NCBI GenBank assembly: GCA_023334545.1
Contig: JAADVB010000186.1
Coordinates: forward strand, 1 to 37,989
Direction of reading: 5' to 3'
DNA: 37,989 bases
Source of the DNA: Salisapilia sapeloensis CBS 127946
Lineage: Eukaryota; Protista; Oomycota
The number at the start of each line of letters is the position of its first letter. Position 1 is the first letter of the stretch. The notes under the pieces were generated by a model. That model saw only the letters and a program-made list of their open reading frames with translations. It made no database searches and was not told where the DNA came from. The position numbers and the translations under genes were made by a program. Below, piece after piece: positions 20,882-31,426 of the stretch.

Positions 20882-22519
20882 ATGTGGGCAATACGTAATT
20901 CAAGGAGTAAGCTACCACTCATAGGAAGACACTTTTCAACATTTAGACCAAAAATGCCGCACCTCTTTCAACAAGTTCTTCGGAACCAACAGTCCGTTGC
21001 GCTCGTAGGCGAACAGAACTGGACGTACGGACAGCTACTTCGACATGCGCTCCAGCTTCGAGACCAAATCGCTCCTCTCATCGAACGCAACAAAGCGCCT
21101 CACATCGCTTTCTTGGGTGGACGAGATGCATCCTACATTGTCACGCAGTGGGCGATCTGGCTATCTGGTGGCGTGTGCGTACCACTTCATCCAAAGCACC
21201 CGACGGAAGAGATCCAGTACATCTTGGATGATTCCTGTGCTCAACTCTTCATCGCAGACGAATCGTTCGTCCAAGACGAGCATCTAAAGCCTCTCTTGCT
21301 AGACAAGAAGAGCTCTACTCCCGTTCGACTGCACAAACTACTTTCGGATGACAATAGCCCACCAACACTCGACGATGGCGAGCAACAGGAGATTCAAGCG
21401 TACGTTGAACGCCTGAATCCAGATGAAGAGAACGCTCATATTATTTACACGAGTGGTACTACTGGGCGACCGAAGGGAGTCGTGACGTCTCATGCCGGAC
21501 TGACGTCTCAGATCCTAGACATTGTGTCTTCGTGGAAGATGAATCCAAAGGACCATCTCCTCCACTTCCTTCCTCTCCACCACGTCCACGGCGTTCTAAA
21601 CAATCTGCTATGTGTCATGTATGCTGGTGGATCCGTGCGTTTCCTTCCGTCCGCCACTCCTCGTGTCATTTGGGACGCACTAGCGACTGACGAGCGTCAA
21701 GTGACGATGCTCATGGCCGTACCAACCATCTACATGAACTTACTTGAGTACATGGAACCACTTCTGCAAGATCCAAGTGAAACGACGAAGGCTTCTTTAC
21801 AAGCTGCCAAGAACCTTCGTGTTGCGATCAGTGGGTCCATGGCATGCCCCGTGTCGATCTTAGAACGATGGGAGAAGCTCACTGGTCATCGTCTGTTGGA
21901 ACGATATGGCATGAGTGAGCTAGGTATGGTCTTAACAAATCCACTGGAAGGCGAGAAGCACGTAGGATTCGTCGGACAGCCATTCCCGTCCGTCAAGGTG
22001 CGTCTCATGGACCCTGACACGGAACGTCTGATCGATATCAAGAGTGAGGAAGAAGGAGAGCTGCGAGTGAAAGGAACGTCTGTGTTCAAAGAGTACTGGA
22101 ACAAACCAGACGCGACGAAGAAGGAGTTTGATGCCGACGGATGGTTCAAGACGGGAGACATTGCTCAGTTCATCAATGAGAAAAACAGTTTCCGACTACG
22201 AGGACGCGCAAGTGCGGATATTCTCAAGAGTGCCGGGTACAAGATCTCGGCGCTGGATATTGAACGAGTGCTCTTGACGCATGAAAATGTCGCCGAGTGT
22301 GCTGTGTTCGGGATTGCCGATGAAAAGTGGGGGCAAGTCGTATCTGCTGTCTTACGTGTGAACACATCGATGGATGAAGAAGAGCTGAAAAACTTTGCAA
22401 AGGAGCATTTGGCGAGTTACCGTGTGCCTCGGAAATACTTTTTCGTCGAAGCGATTCCGAAGAATGCGATGGGCAAAGTGAATAAGAAGGAGCTAGCTAA
22501 GATCTTTGCTGAAAAGTAA
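20882..22519 (+). CDS. ACSF3: Acyl-CoA synthetase family member 3 / malonyl-CoA synthetase (MatB-like), probable mitochondrial presequence, 545 aa
   Basis: AMP-binding IIYTSGTTGRPKG, LPLHHVHG, FGG-like SGSMA, ERYGMSE (ACSF3 has ERYGMTE), GWFKTGD, GRASADILKSAGYKISALDIE, PKNAMGKVNK. The N-terminus is Arg/Ser-rich with no acidic residues. Confidence 0.92.
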   Translation: MWAIRNSRSKLPLIGRHFSTFRPKMPHLFQQVLRNQQSVALVGEQNWTYGQLLRHALQLRDQIAPLIERNKAPHIAFLGGRDASYIVTQWAIWLSGGVCVPLHPKHPTEEIQYILDDSCAQLFIADESFVQDEHLKPLLLDKKSSTPVRLHKLLSDDNSPPTLDDGEQQEIQAYVERLNPDEENAHIIYTSGTTGRPKGVVTSHAGLTSQILDIVSSWKMNPKDHLLHFLPLHHVHGVLNNLLCVMYAGGSVRFLPSATPRVIWDALATDERQVTMLMAVPTIYMNLLEYMEPLLQDPSETTKASLQAAKNLRVAISGSMACPVSILERWEKLTGHRLLERYGMSELGMVLTNPLEGEKHVGFVGQPFPSVKVRLMDPDTERLIDIKSEEEGELRVKGTSVFKEYWNKPDATKKEFDADGWFKTGDIAQFINEKNSFRLRGRASADILKSAGYKISALDIERVLLTHENVAECAVFGIADEKWGQVVSAVLRVNTSMDEEELKNFAKEHLASYRVPRKYFFVEAIPKNAMGKVNKKELAKIFAEK

Positions 22520-22550
22520 AGAGCTATCGTCGGATTGCTTTCGAGATGCT

Positions 22551-24444
22551 TTAAGTCGTATCAGCTTTCCAGCATTTTATCATGGTGGCAAAATAGAAAG
22601 CAGCGTTTTCTAGTTCCTTTTGATCAATGTTGCTTTGAATGATCATGTCTGAGCTCTTGTTGGATTGAGCTGATTGAAAAATCGCATTGAAGATGCGTTT
22701 CGTACGAGCAGACATTGTCCATGTCTGTGTTTTCGTCGCAGGCTGGATTTCATCTACACTATTGATAAGAATTGTATTGGAAAATATGAAGAAGCATCGT
22801 ACGTCCAGTAAGGCTAGTCGAAATAGGAAGAATGCTCATTGAGAATGTGGATGGTTTCTCCGACTCAACTGACTTGACGTCAATGACTTGCTCTGGACTG
22901 GAAACCTGGAGAGATGATGTCTGCTCGACGCTGGGAGTGTCTACAAAAAGATAGTCATCTTATAGGTGTGGAGTAGACGACTGAATGGGTCTATTACTAT
23001 TGCTTTCAAGCTCATTGTGAGGACTGCTGACGCGATTATCTTCGATCTTTGCTTTCTTACGAGGTTGGAAAGCTCGTAGTTGCCAGTTGAGAGGTGGGAT
23101 CTGGCATACGAGACTTTCGTCTGAACTATTTGAATCGGCTGGAGAAGGCACATGGATGCGATCTTGATGTGACTGATATAGTGATTAGAAATCGAGCTGG
23201 AGAATGGAATGTCCAGGATTTACCATTGTAGGAGGAGTCAATTCGACGTGGAGTGGAGAATGCTGGTGAGATCCTTTGCTCATACCCCGTGATCGAGCTT
23301 TGGAAGGTGGTTGCGGCGTACTTGCAAATGGAGCTTTTCTCTTGGATGACTCAGTCTGACTCGCCTTAGGCATAATGAAAGATTTTGCTGGTACGAAGTC
23401 TTTGGTAAAACTGGCAGTAGATGATCTAGAGACTGGTCGCTCATGATCTTTGCTTCCGATTGATCTCAACGGACTTTGTATCGGAGAAGAAGCGTATTGC
23501 ATACGAGTGAATGTATAGTCTTTAGGTAGGAAGGAGGATCGGTGCATGCTATCATCCATCAGCTCCTCTGGATCGATCGTACGGTCCATACTCACTTGGG
23601 ATGATTCATATACGCCACTGTCCCAGTTCCAACCATCGTCAAACGATTCCCAATATGGATCCTCCTTGATCTGGTTTTCCACCTCATGTGCATATTCTGG
23701 AGAGTGCAAACTGCGTGAATAGTTCGTACCGTTATTGTACGAGGTAGTTGTCGGTAGCGGTCTGTTAGTAGTCGTCCAGTTTCCGTCCCTATCTTTCTTC
23801 TTGGACATCATTTCCCCATGACTAAATCCACCGACATATTAGACACTGTACGCTTAGAATCATCTAGTAATATCCATAACCACTTCTTACTTGATAAAAG
23901 TCACATCGTCTTTACTCTCGTTGTCAGCAGTAGGCAAGTCCAGTGGATACTGAGATGGAATGTTTGACTTTGGTTTCGGAGGCGTGAACATGCACCGATT
24001 CACCTTTTCTTCCTCCTTTCGAGCCTGGTCGATTTGGGAAACAGCAGGAGCTGACTGCTTATCGATAGGGTGATCCGTAGCACTCTTTAACGATTGAAAG
24101 GCAAAAGAAGTTCTTGCTGCTCGTCGCTCAAATTCCAGTACTTGAATATCTACTTCCACCGACAATGTATAGTACATCTACCCTACAACAGATAACCTAT
24201 CCAAATATCCAATACAGACAACTATACCTCTCGATTCAGAGTCATCGAGAATCGGACGCATGTACCAAGGTTGCTCATCTGTACCTCGTTGCACCGTTCG
24301 TTTCGACGGTGGTTGGTAACTTGGCAAACTTTCTACACTCGTACGTTTTTGAGGAGTTTTGGACGATGGAAAATGTGTGCGTAGTTTTGCTCGCCCACGC
24401 TTCGTGTCCATCGCCCGGTGCCTCGAACTCGACATCCAATTCAT
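22551..24444 (-). CDS. Unknown low-complexity protein. Proposed 6 exons (24444-24228, 24149-23891, 23821-23224, 23172-22998, 22940-22803, 22753-22551)
   Basis: Several short ORFs are joined in frame by GT-AG introns of 78, 69, 51, 57 and 49 nt (24150-24227, 23822-23890, 23173-23223, 22941-22997, 22754-22802). These introns remove the in-frame stops at 24178 and 22960. S/P/K-rich; starts MNWMSSSRHRAM. The first and fourth introns are less certain. Confidence 0.6.
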
Positions 24445-24517
24445 CTTCAACTTCCGAGCGGAATGCACTTCAACTGTATCAAAGAAAAGATTATGCCGAT
24501 AAATATATTTTCTTTAT

Positions 24518-27500
24518 CTAGCCCGTCTTGGCTTCGGGCTTAGCTTCGTCCTTCACAGCCTTGACGTCTGTCTTCACGGCTACGGCTTCCGGCTTGACGG
24601 TCTTAGCTTCGGCCTTGGGAGGCTCTGCCTGCTTCGGCTCTGACTTGATAGACTCCACTGGCTTCCCTTCGGCCTTATCAGTAGGTTTCGCAGCGCCATC
24701 TTTCTTTTCATCCTTCTTTTCGTCCTTGTTTTCCTTGGGTTTCCGAGGTTTCTTTACCTTGGGTACAGGCGCTTGACATTTGTCTTCAAATGTCATAACC
24801 TCGCTCCCATTCACTCTCACCTCTGTCTTCATAACAGGCTTTGGTGTCGGGACAGTCGACATGATCGGAACCATCTTGGCGAGGTTCTGGTACGAGCTAC
24901 CGACAGGGAAGGGAGGTACGACTGGTTTTGGTGGTGCCACAGGTACTTGTCTGTACTCCAGTTTGGGTACTCGCAGTCTCAGTTTCCCATGATGATGTGG
25001 CAAGTCCGTCGGTTGACCTTTGACCATGTCATTCCATCGAATGACAAACCGTCGACCTGAGTTTTCCGTCTCCAAGTTTCCACACGAATGTCCTTTCACG
25101 ACATTCTCTTCCACGACAACATTTCCAGAATGGTACAACAGTCGTAAACCAAAGCGACCGTTATTCACGACCTTGTTCCGTCGTAAGACAGCGTTTCCAT
25201 GCCACACAGTCACGCCTGAATGTCTATTTTCAAAGATCGTATTCCGACGCAAGACTAGTCCACCACCAATGAGTAAGACGCCACTACTACCAGCATGATA
25301 GACTTTACAGTCTAGTAGCACAAGTAACGAGTCTTTCGATCCAGAGACACATGCACATGCGTTCCCTCGTAAGCCTCCGTCTAGATCGCACGAGACGACA
25401 CGCAGCCGAGCGTCTTTCACGACGTAGATCAAGTGTTGCCAATTGCGATTGCCACCGCCTTCCTGACGACGACTCAGGTGGATGCCGACAATCATACCTC
25501 CCTTGCTTTCCCACGTCAGCTGAGCACTGGCGTTCGTCATCTGGAGTTCGACATGGGCATTCGGACTCGCCCATAGTCTTAATGGTTTCTTCACTAGCAC
25601 AGGCTTATCGATCGAGTAGACACCACTGGCAAAGACGATCGTGTCTCCTGGTAGAGCGTCATCCACCACTTGCTGCAGATCCAACGGCGCATCGTCCGAT
25701 CGACTGGATACCTTTGTGTGCAGCCGCATGTCACTCGCACTTGTCTGCCACTTCTTGCAGACAGTGCTTGCAGCAAGACGATCAGGTAGAGGTGCAAGAT
25801 ATTGAAAGATAACAAGCAAAGAGGAGGATGGGAGACCTGCGAACCCCTTCTCCCGGCACTCGGCCAGTTCTGCGTTCTTCCGAACGATCGCAGGTTCATC
25901 CCACACTGCTTCCTTCGTGTACTCGTTATAATAGAACGGATGGTGCGTCCGAACGCACTTGAGGATCTTCCAGTCGCTACCTTCGAGATGCCGTCGACGA
26001 CGTTCAAACGCGAGTTTCTTCTTCTCTTGCTTATACAGCTCTTCGTACGTCGTGTCAGGACTCACGTCTCCAGCAATGAGTTCTCCTTCCTTGAGGAGCA
26101 TCTCCTCTTCCTTGGCTTTTGCTTCATCCACTTCATCAAAGTCCACTCGAGCACTCTCAAACTGTGCTTCCACCGACTCTTTCGTCGGTACGTCGTCATA
26201 CAACGGTTCGACTTCTTCTCGGAACCGCAGCGCATATCGATCGACCGCATTCAAGTTACTTTCAAAGTCTGTGAGCGACTTGACCGACGACTTCCACTCC
26301 TGCAGCTTCCGTTCATCCTCTTCCTCTCTCTTCTGTCTCTTGACCGCTTTGCTCGGCTCCTCTGCCTTGCGTTTCTTATCCTCCTCTTCATCTGCTTTAT
26401 CATCAAAGTCCTCTTCATCCTGCTTCGCTTCTTCCTCCGCTCCTCGCATCGCCTTGACGTCTTCTTCATCCTCCACCTGGTTCATCGCCTGCTGCACCAC
26501 TTCATCACTCACTTGCTCTTTATCGAAAAAGTCCGTGGTGAAGTTGCCTTGAGCCATGACAAGCCAGTCCAGCTGCCTCTTCTGCTGTGCTCGAGCCAAG
26601 ATATTCTCCTCCACCGTATGCTTCGTCACGAGACGATAGATGTGAACGTCTCTTGTCTGTCCGATCCGATGCGCTCGATCCTGCGCCTGTGCATCCATCG
26701 CAGGGTTCCAGTCGCTGTCGTAGAAGATGACGCAGTCGGCACCTGTGAGATTGACTCCTAGACCTCCACTACGTGTCGAAAGGATAAAACAAAAGATCTT
26801 GTCGTCCTGATTAAACCTCTCCATCAACCTCTGCCGTCGATCTGCAGGTGTCGAGCCATCGAGACGGAAGTAGGAATGGCCATGGAGGTTTAAAAAGCCT
26901 TCGAGGATATCTAACATGCTGCTCATTTGAGTGAATAGGAGACAGCGATGGTTGCCGGATTTCAAACGACGGAGGAGGATGTCGAGTTGCTGGAGTTTGC
27001 CACAATCGAATTGGAGCAGACGCTTGTCTGGGAAAAAGAGCTGCGTGCGTTTGTGTGCTTCATAGTATGGAGATAGGATGCGACTGGCGACGGGAGTTAA
27101 TTGCGTGTCGATCATGTGGGTTAGACGTGTTTGGATCGATAGAGCAGTGTCGTTGTGGCTAGAGGAAGGGAAGGTGAAGGACATGGTGACGGGACGTGCT
27201 CTGGCTTTCGGGACGTAGCACATAGCGCGAGTGGCAATTGGAAGGTAGGAGCGGATGCGACTGTCAGGGTCTTGGACCATGTCTTTCAACGCATTCGTGA
27301 CTTTGTCACTCTTGCGACTGACGTGCACTTGCATCGCTTGGGAGATGAGGTACGGCATACTAACGAGTCGAAGGAGTTCATCTCCATACGTCGGAGCGTC
27401 TCCACCGACAGCAAGTGTCACTCGCATCTGATGCAGCTGACTCTGTCGTTTCTGTTTCCAATATAAGAGTTTCACAGCTGCTTCTTCTTCCATCGCTTGT

Positions 27501-30130
27501 AGTACATCAGGACGATGTTTATGCTCTTCCTTTGCATCTTCCTGTACGTAGCACTCTGTCGGGTAGTTGTCTAGATGCACGTCTTCCACTAGCAGTTTCT
27601 TTCTACTTTCCATGGAGAATAGACTACATCCTTCTTTACCAGCAATAGACGACCCCCAATACGGCGCATCATAAGCACCTTGATAATTGATCAAATGATT
27701 CGAAAGGAAAGCACAGGCTCTAGGTATGTCGATGGTCATAGGTGGGAGATCCAACGGACAGACGATCGGTCGAGGCTCGAACAGATCTGGATGGTTACAT
27801 ACCTTTCGTAGCTGCATTAAGACGTTCATCATGCTCATAAAGTTCCCTTTTTCATGCAACGCTTTTCGCGTGGATGAGCGACTGATGAAATCTTCATACA
27901 GTCCTCGCTGTCGTTTGCTCAAGTCACAAGTGACAGTATGTTCATGCTTCTCTGGCAATTGTTTCTCGACTTCACTCTTTAGACGCCGAAGAACGAACGG
28001 ACGTATGATCGCATGCAGTTGATCGACTAGTTCACTTTCAGCACCTGCTGTGGCTTTATCTTTCGTTTCGACCATGGCAGTTAAAGGGCTTTGGAACCAA
28101 TAGGCAAAGTCCTTACGAGATGAAAAGACATGGGGCATGAGGAAATGCATGAGTGCCCACAATTCTAATAGGCTGTTCTGCAAGGGAGTGCCAGTGAGTA
28201 ATAGACGTCGTTGCGCGTTAAAGTTGAGCAGCGTCTGCCATCGCAACGATCGAAAGTTTTTAATATGATGCGCTTCGTCTAGAATCAGGTAGAACCACTT
28301 TTTACGTCGAAAGCAATGCGCGTCTTGCACCACAAGTTGATAGCTCGTAATGCACACCTGGAACGCATTCGCTTTACTCCATCCTTGACGCAACTCTTTC
28401 CGTCGTTTCGCACTGCCAAAGTACGTCAGAATCTTAAGCGCCGGACACCAACGTTTGAACTCCATCTCCCAATTCACGAGACAACTCGTCGGGACGACGA
28501 TCAAGTGCGGTCCCCAGATACCTCGTTCACTCGCCAAGTGTGCGAGGAGCGAGATGGTCTGGATGGTCTTTCCGAGACCCATCTCATCTGCTAGAATCCC
28601 ATTCACGCGCTTCTCGCATAGCGTCACGAGCCAATTGACACCTGCCTCTTGGTACTGTCGCAGGGAGAGGCGGGAGGTTAGTAGGAATGGGCGCTTATAG
28701 CCTCTTCGACGGACAATGTCTTCATCTGCTGTCGTTAGTTTATCCATAAACTGCTCTGTGGCAGACTTTTCCAACGTCTCTGGATGATACTTGGCACGTA
28801 GTTCTTCAACGGAAAGCTCATTATCTGCTTCTAGCTCCTGCACTTCGTCTGCGTTCGAGTCACCGTAACGCTCCTCTTCTTCTAGCGTCCTTTCGTCATC
28901 CACTTCCATCACATCTTCTTCAAACTCTGCGTCACTCTCCTGCTTCCCGTCTTCTTCACTAGCAGAAGACTCTGTCCGACCGTAGTAATGTGCTCGTAAA
29001 GCTTCGACATCCATCTCTCCTTCCGCTTTTAAAGCGGCTAACTCGTCCTCGTAATCGTCATCTGCATCCTCTTCCTCCTGTGCTAGAGTCGTCTCGTCAT
29101 CCTGCTCCGCATCCATCTCTGCTTTCGACATTTCAAAGTCTGATCCGTCCTCTTCTTCCTTTTGTACATCTTCTTCTTGCACTGGAATTGATTTCTTCTT
29201 TCGTTTGGAAGGCTTAGGTGGTACGGGAGATTCTGTCGATGCTTTTTCCTGAAAGGATTGAGCAAGGGATGCAGCGTATGACTGGGTTTGAGATACAAGA
29301 GAATGTAAATGACGGTCCATGGCCTCCCGACGGAGCTCATCCGTTTGTAACTTGACCTTGTACTCGATGATTTTATCGATTTTACCCCAGAATTTTTTCA
29401 TATCGCGACCGATCTTGGCGGCCTTACGTCGACGTTTCTCTTCCTCCATCTAGTATACAAAAGAATATGAGTATACTGGCTCAAAAAATAGTTTTACTGT
29501 TTTTATAAAGCATCAGGGTACGATAAAGATCAGTTTTCTTGATAAAAGTACCCATCTGCATCGTACAAATAGCATGCTTCCTGTATGGAACACGAACCTT
29601 GTCTTTACGAGCAGCTCGCGTGGCAATTTTGTTGTGGTGACTGAGTACCGAGGTGGAAAGCAATTTCCCATGCTTAGTACGCCATCGACGTTCCTGTGAG
29701 AAATCTGCTGCCATCCACTCCTATATCCACACGAGAAAAGAATACAACATGAGCTTCTGTCTCTTTCTAAGAAGAGAAAAGAATAGAAAGATACCATTTC
29801 TTGCAGCAAATAGTCCTGGTGAGAACGTTGTAGGCGACTGCCATTCACGTCGACACCCGGCTCGGATACCTTTGTAATTGTTTTCCCCAACGTAAGTTCA
29901 TGGAGGCGCGTCTGGGCTTCATTCTGCTCTTCCTGTAATGAAAAGAGCAATGTTTCTTCGGCTTCACTGTCGAATTGCTCAGCATTGGGAATGTCTTTCG
30001 ACGTTTCTTGGGTATCAGACGATGCGGAGCTGCGTGCAGAATGCGGTCTTTTTGTCGGCGGTTGCGTCACGGCCTCCTGCGCCTCAGAATCACGGGTTCT
30101 CTTGGCCCGCCCACGCGTCTTCGCCGCCAT
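24518..30130 (-). CDS. SWR1: SWR1/SRCAP/PIE1-type SNF2 chromatin-remodelling ATPase with C-terminal WW-like, F-box and beta-helix domains. 3 exons (30130-29795, 29720-29598, 29449-24518)
   Basis: The HSA domain is reassembled across introns 29721-29794 and 29450-29597 (HQDYLLQEM|EWMAADFSQERRW...KDK|MEEEKRRRKAAKIGRDMKKFWGKI). ATPase motifs GILADEMGLGKT, LILDEAHHIKN, LTGTPLQN, split-ATPase insertion, FILSTRSGGLGVNL, DSDWNPAMDAQAQDRAHRIGQ, and post-ATPase NAVDRYALRF. Confidence 0.95.
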
Positions 30131-30451
30131 TCCTTTCACTTTGCTGAACAGCCACGTAACCGCTACTGTTAATTGGGCCAACTTTCAAATAAGCTTAATT
30201 TAAGAGGACATGTGGTAATATAAGATTTCTCTCTTTTGAGGCACAAAAAAGGCATAGCTATTCGATTCATCCTTCCACTTATTTCTTGTACATGTACAGA
30301 TAGCTCTTCACTTAAAATCCATGCTTCTTATGCTTCCTAGTAGACTTCATGGAAAGCTATTCGATTCTTTCTTTATTACCCAATCGGAAGCTAGAATAAC
30401 TTTTATCCAATAATAAGCTGCAGGATACGCAACTCCTGGACAAGTAGCATC

Positions 30452-31402
30452 ATGTTGTCCAAGTTGAGACGTATCCAGGCATTGCCTCTCGGTAGACGAT
30501 TCTCTGTGCTCGGTGGAGTGTCAGAAGACTTACTCGTGAGTACTAGTATTGGTCACCAAATTGGTGGTGACAACCATGCATCGCTGGTGTCTTCACTGGT
30601 GAAAACTGGCGTCGTGCCAGCCAATTCGCGTCTGGAATCCGCTTTTAACAAGGTCGATCGCGCTCTTTTCGTTCCAAAAGATCGCCAAGACGAAGCCTAC
30701 GCTAACAAGCCTCTCCGTATCGGAGTAGTCGCCACCATCTCGACTCCTCAGCAACATGCACAGGTCCTCCAGCTCTTGGAACCACACTTGCAGCCAGGTA
30801 GCAAAGCTCTAGACATTGGCAGTGGCTCTGGTATCCTCGTAGCAATCATGTCACACCTAGTCGGTACGTCCGGGCATGTCCTAGGCTTGGATATTGTCCC
30901 TGAACTCGTTGATCTGGCCAATACCAACGTGAAGGCATGTCTACCGTCCGAATTGGCATCGTCCGTCACGATCAAAGAATCGAGTGGAAAGCAAGTAGAC
31001 ATTCAAGGAGAATACGACGCCATCCACGTCGGTGTTGCTGTCGAGACAAAGGACGAAGCTGAGAAATTCCTCGAGTACTTGAAACCAGGCGGAGCGTTAT
31101 TAGTTCCTCTCGGATTCGGCGGTGCGGAACAAAAGCTAGTGAAGATGACAAAAGACATGGATGGACATGTCGACAAGAAAGACGTTATGAGTGTGCTCTG
31201 TCAACCTATTCTAGATGCTGCACCAGAAGCAGAGCCAGAGCAAGAGACTCGATCGGAGAAACTGGAGCGTTTACAATCAGAACTCTCTTCTTGGAGAGCA
31301 GCGTTTGAGCAAGAGCATGGAAAGCGTCCGACGAGAGACGACATGATGGCAGATCCGATTGCCAAAGACCTGTTCATGGACTTTAGCAAACTGCGCAAAT
31401 AA
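30452..31402 (+). CDS. PCMT: Protein-L-isoaspartate O-methyltransferase (PIMT/PCMT)-like, with N-terminal presequence and extra C-terminal helical domain, 316 aa
   Basis: VDRALFVP, AYANKPL.IG..ATISTP, ALDIGSGSG, YDAIHVGVA, LKPGGALLVPLG match the PCMT motif series. Confidence 0.88.
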   Translation: MLSKLRRIQALPLGRRFSVLGGVSEDLLVSTSIGHQIGGDNHASLVSSLVKTGVVPANSRLESAFNKVDRALFVPKDRQDEAYANKPLRIGVVATISTPQQHAQVLQLLEPHLQPGSKALDIGSGSGILVAIMSHLVGTSGHVLGLDIVPELVDLANTNVKACLPSELASSVTIKESSGKQVDIQGEYDAIHVGVAVETKDEAEKFLEYLKPGGALLVPLGFGGAEQKLVKMTKDMDGHVDKKDVMSVLCQPILDAAPEAEPEQETRSEKLERLQSELSSWRAAFEQEHGKRPTRDDMMADPIAKDLFMDFSKLRK

Positions 31403-31426
31403 AAGTCTTTGATTTCATTTGGATGG

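Noticed and set aside
24178-24180. In-frame TAG directly followed by ATG, and TAA at 22960, suggesting stop read-through or recoding
   Set aside because: Both stops can be removed by frame-preserving GT-AG introns (78 and 57 nt), which is simpler.
25802-26761. 319-aa and 197-aa plus-strand ORFs antisense to SWR1
   Set aside because: They mirror the E/K/D-rich SWR1 linker (GAA/GAG/AAG read as F/L/S on the other strand), which explains the lack of stops.
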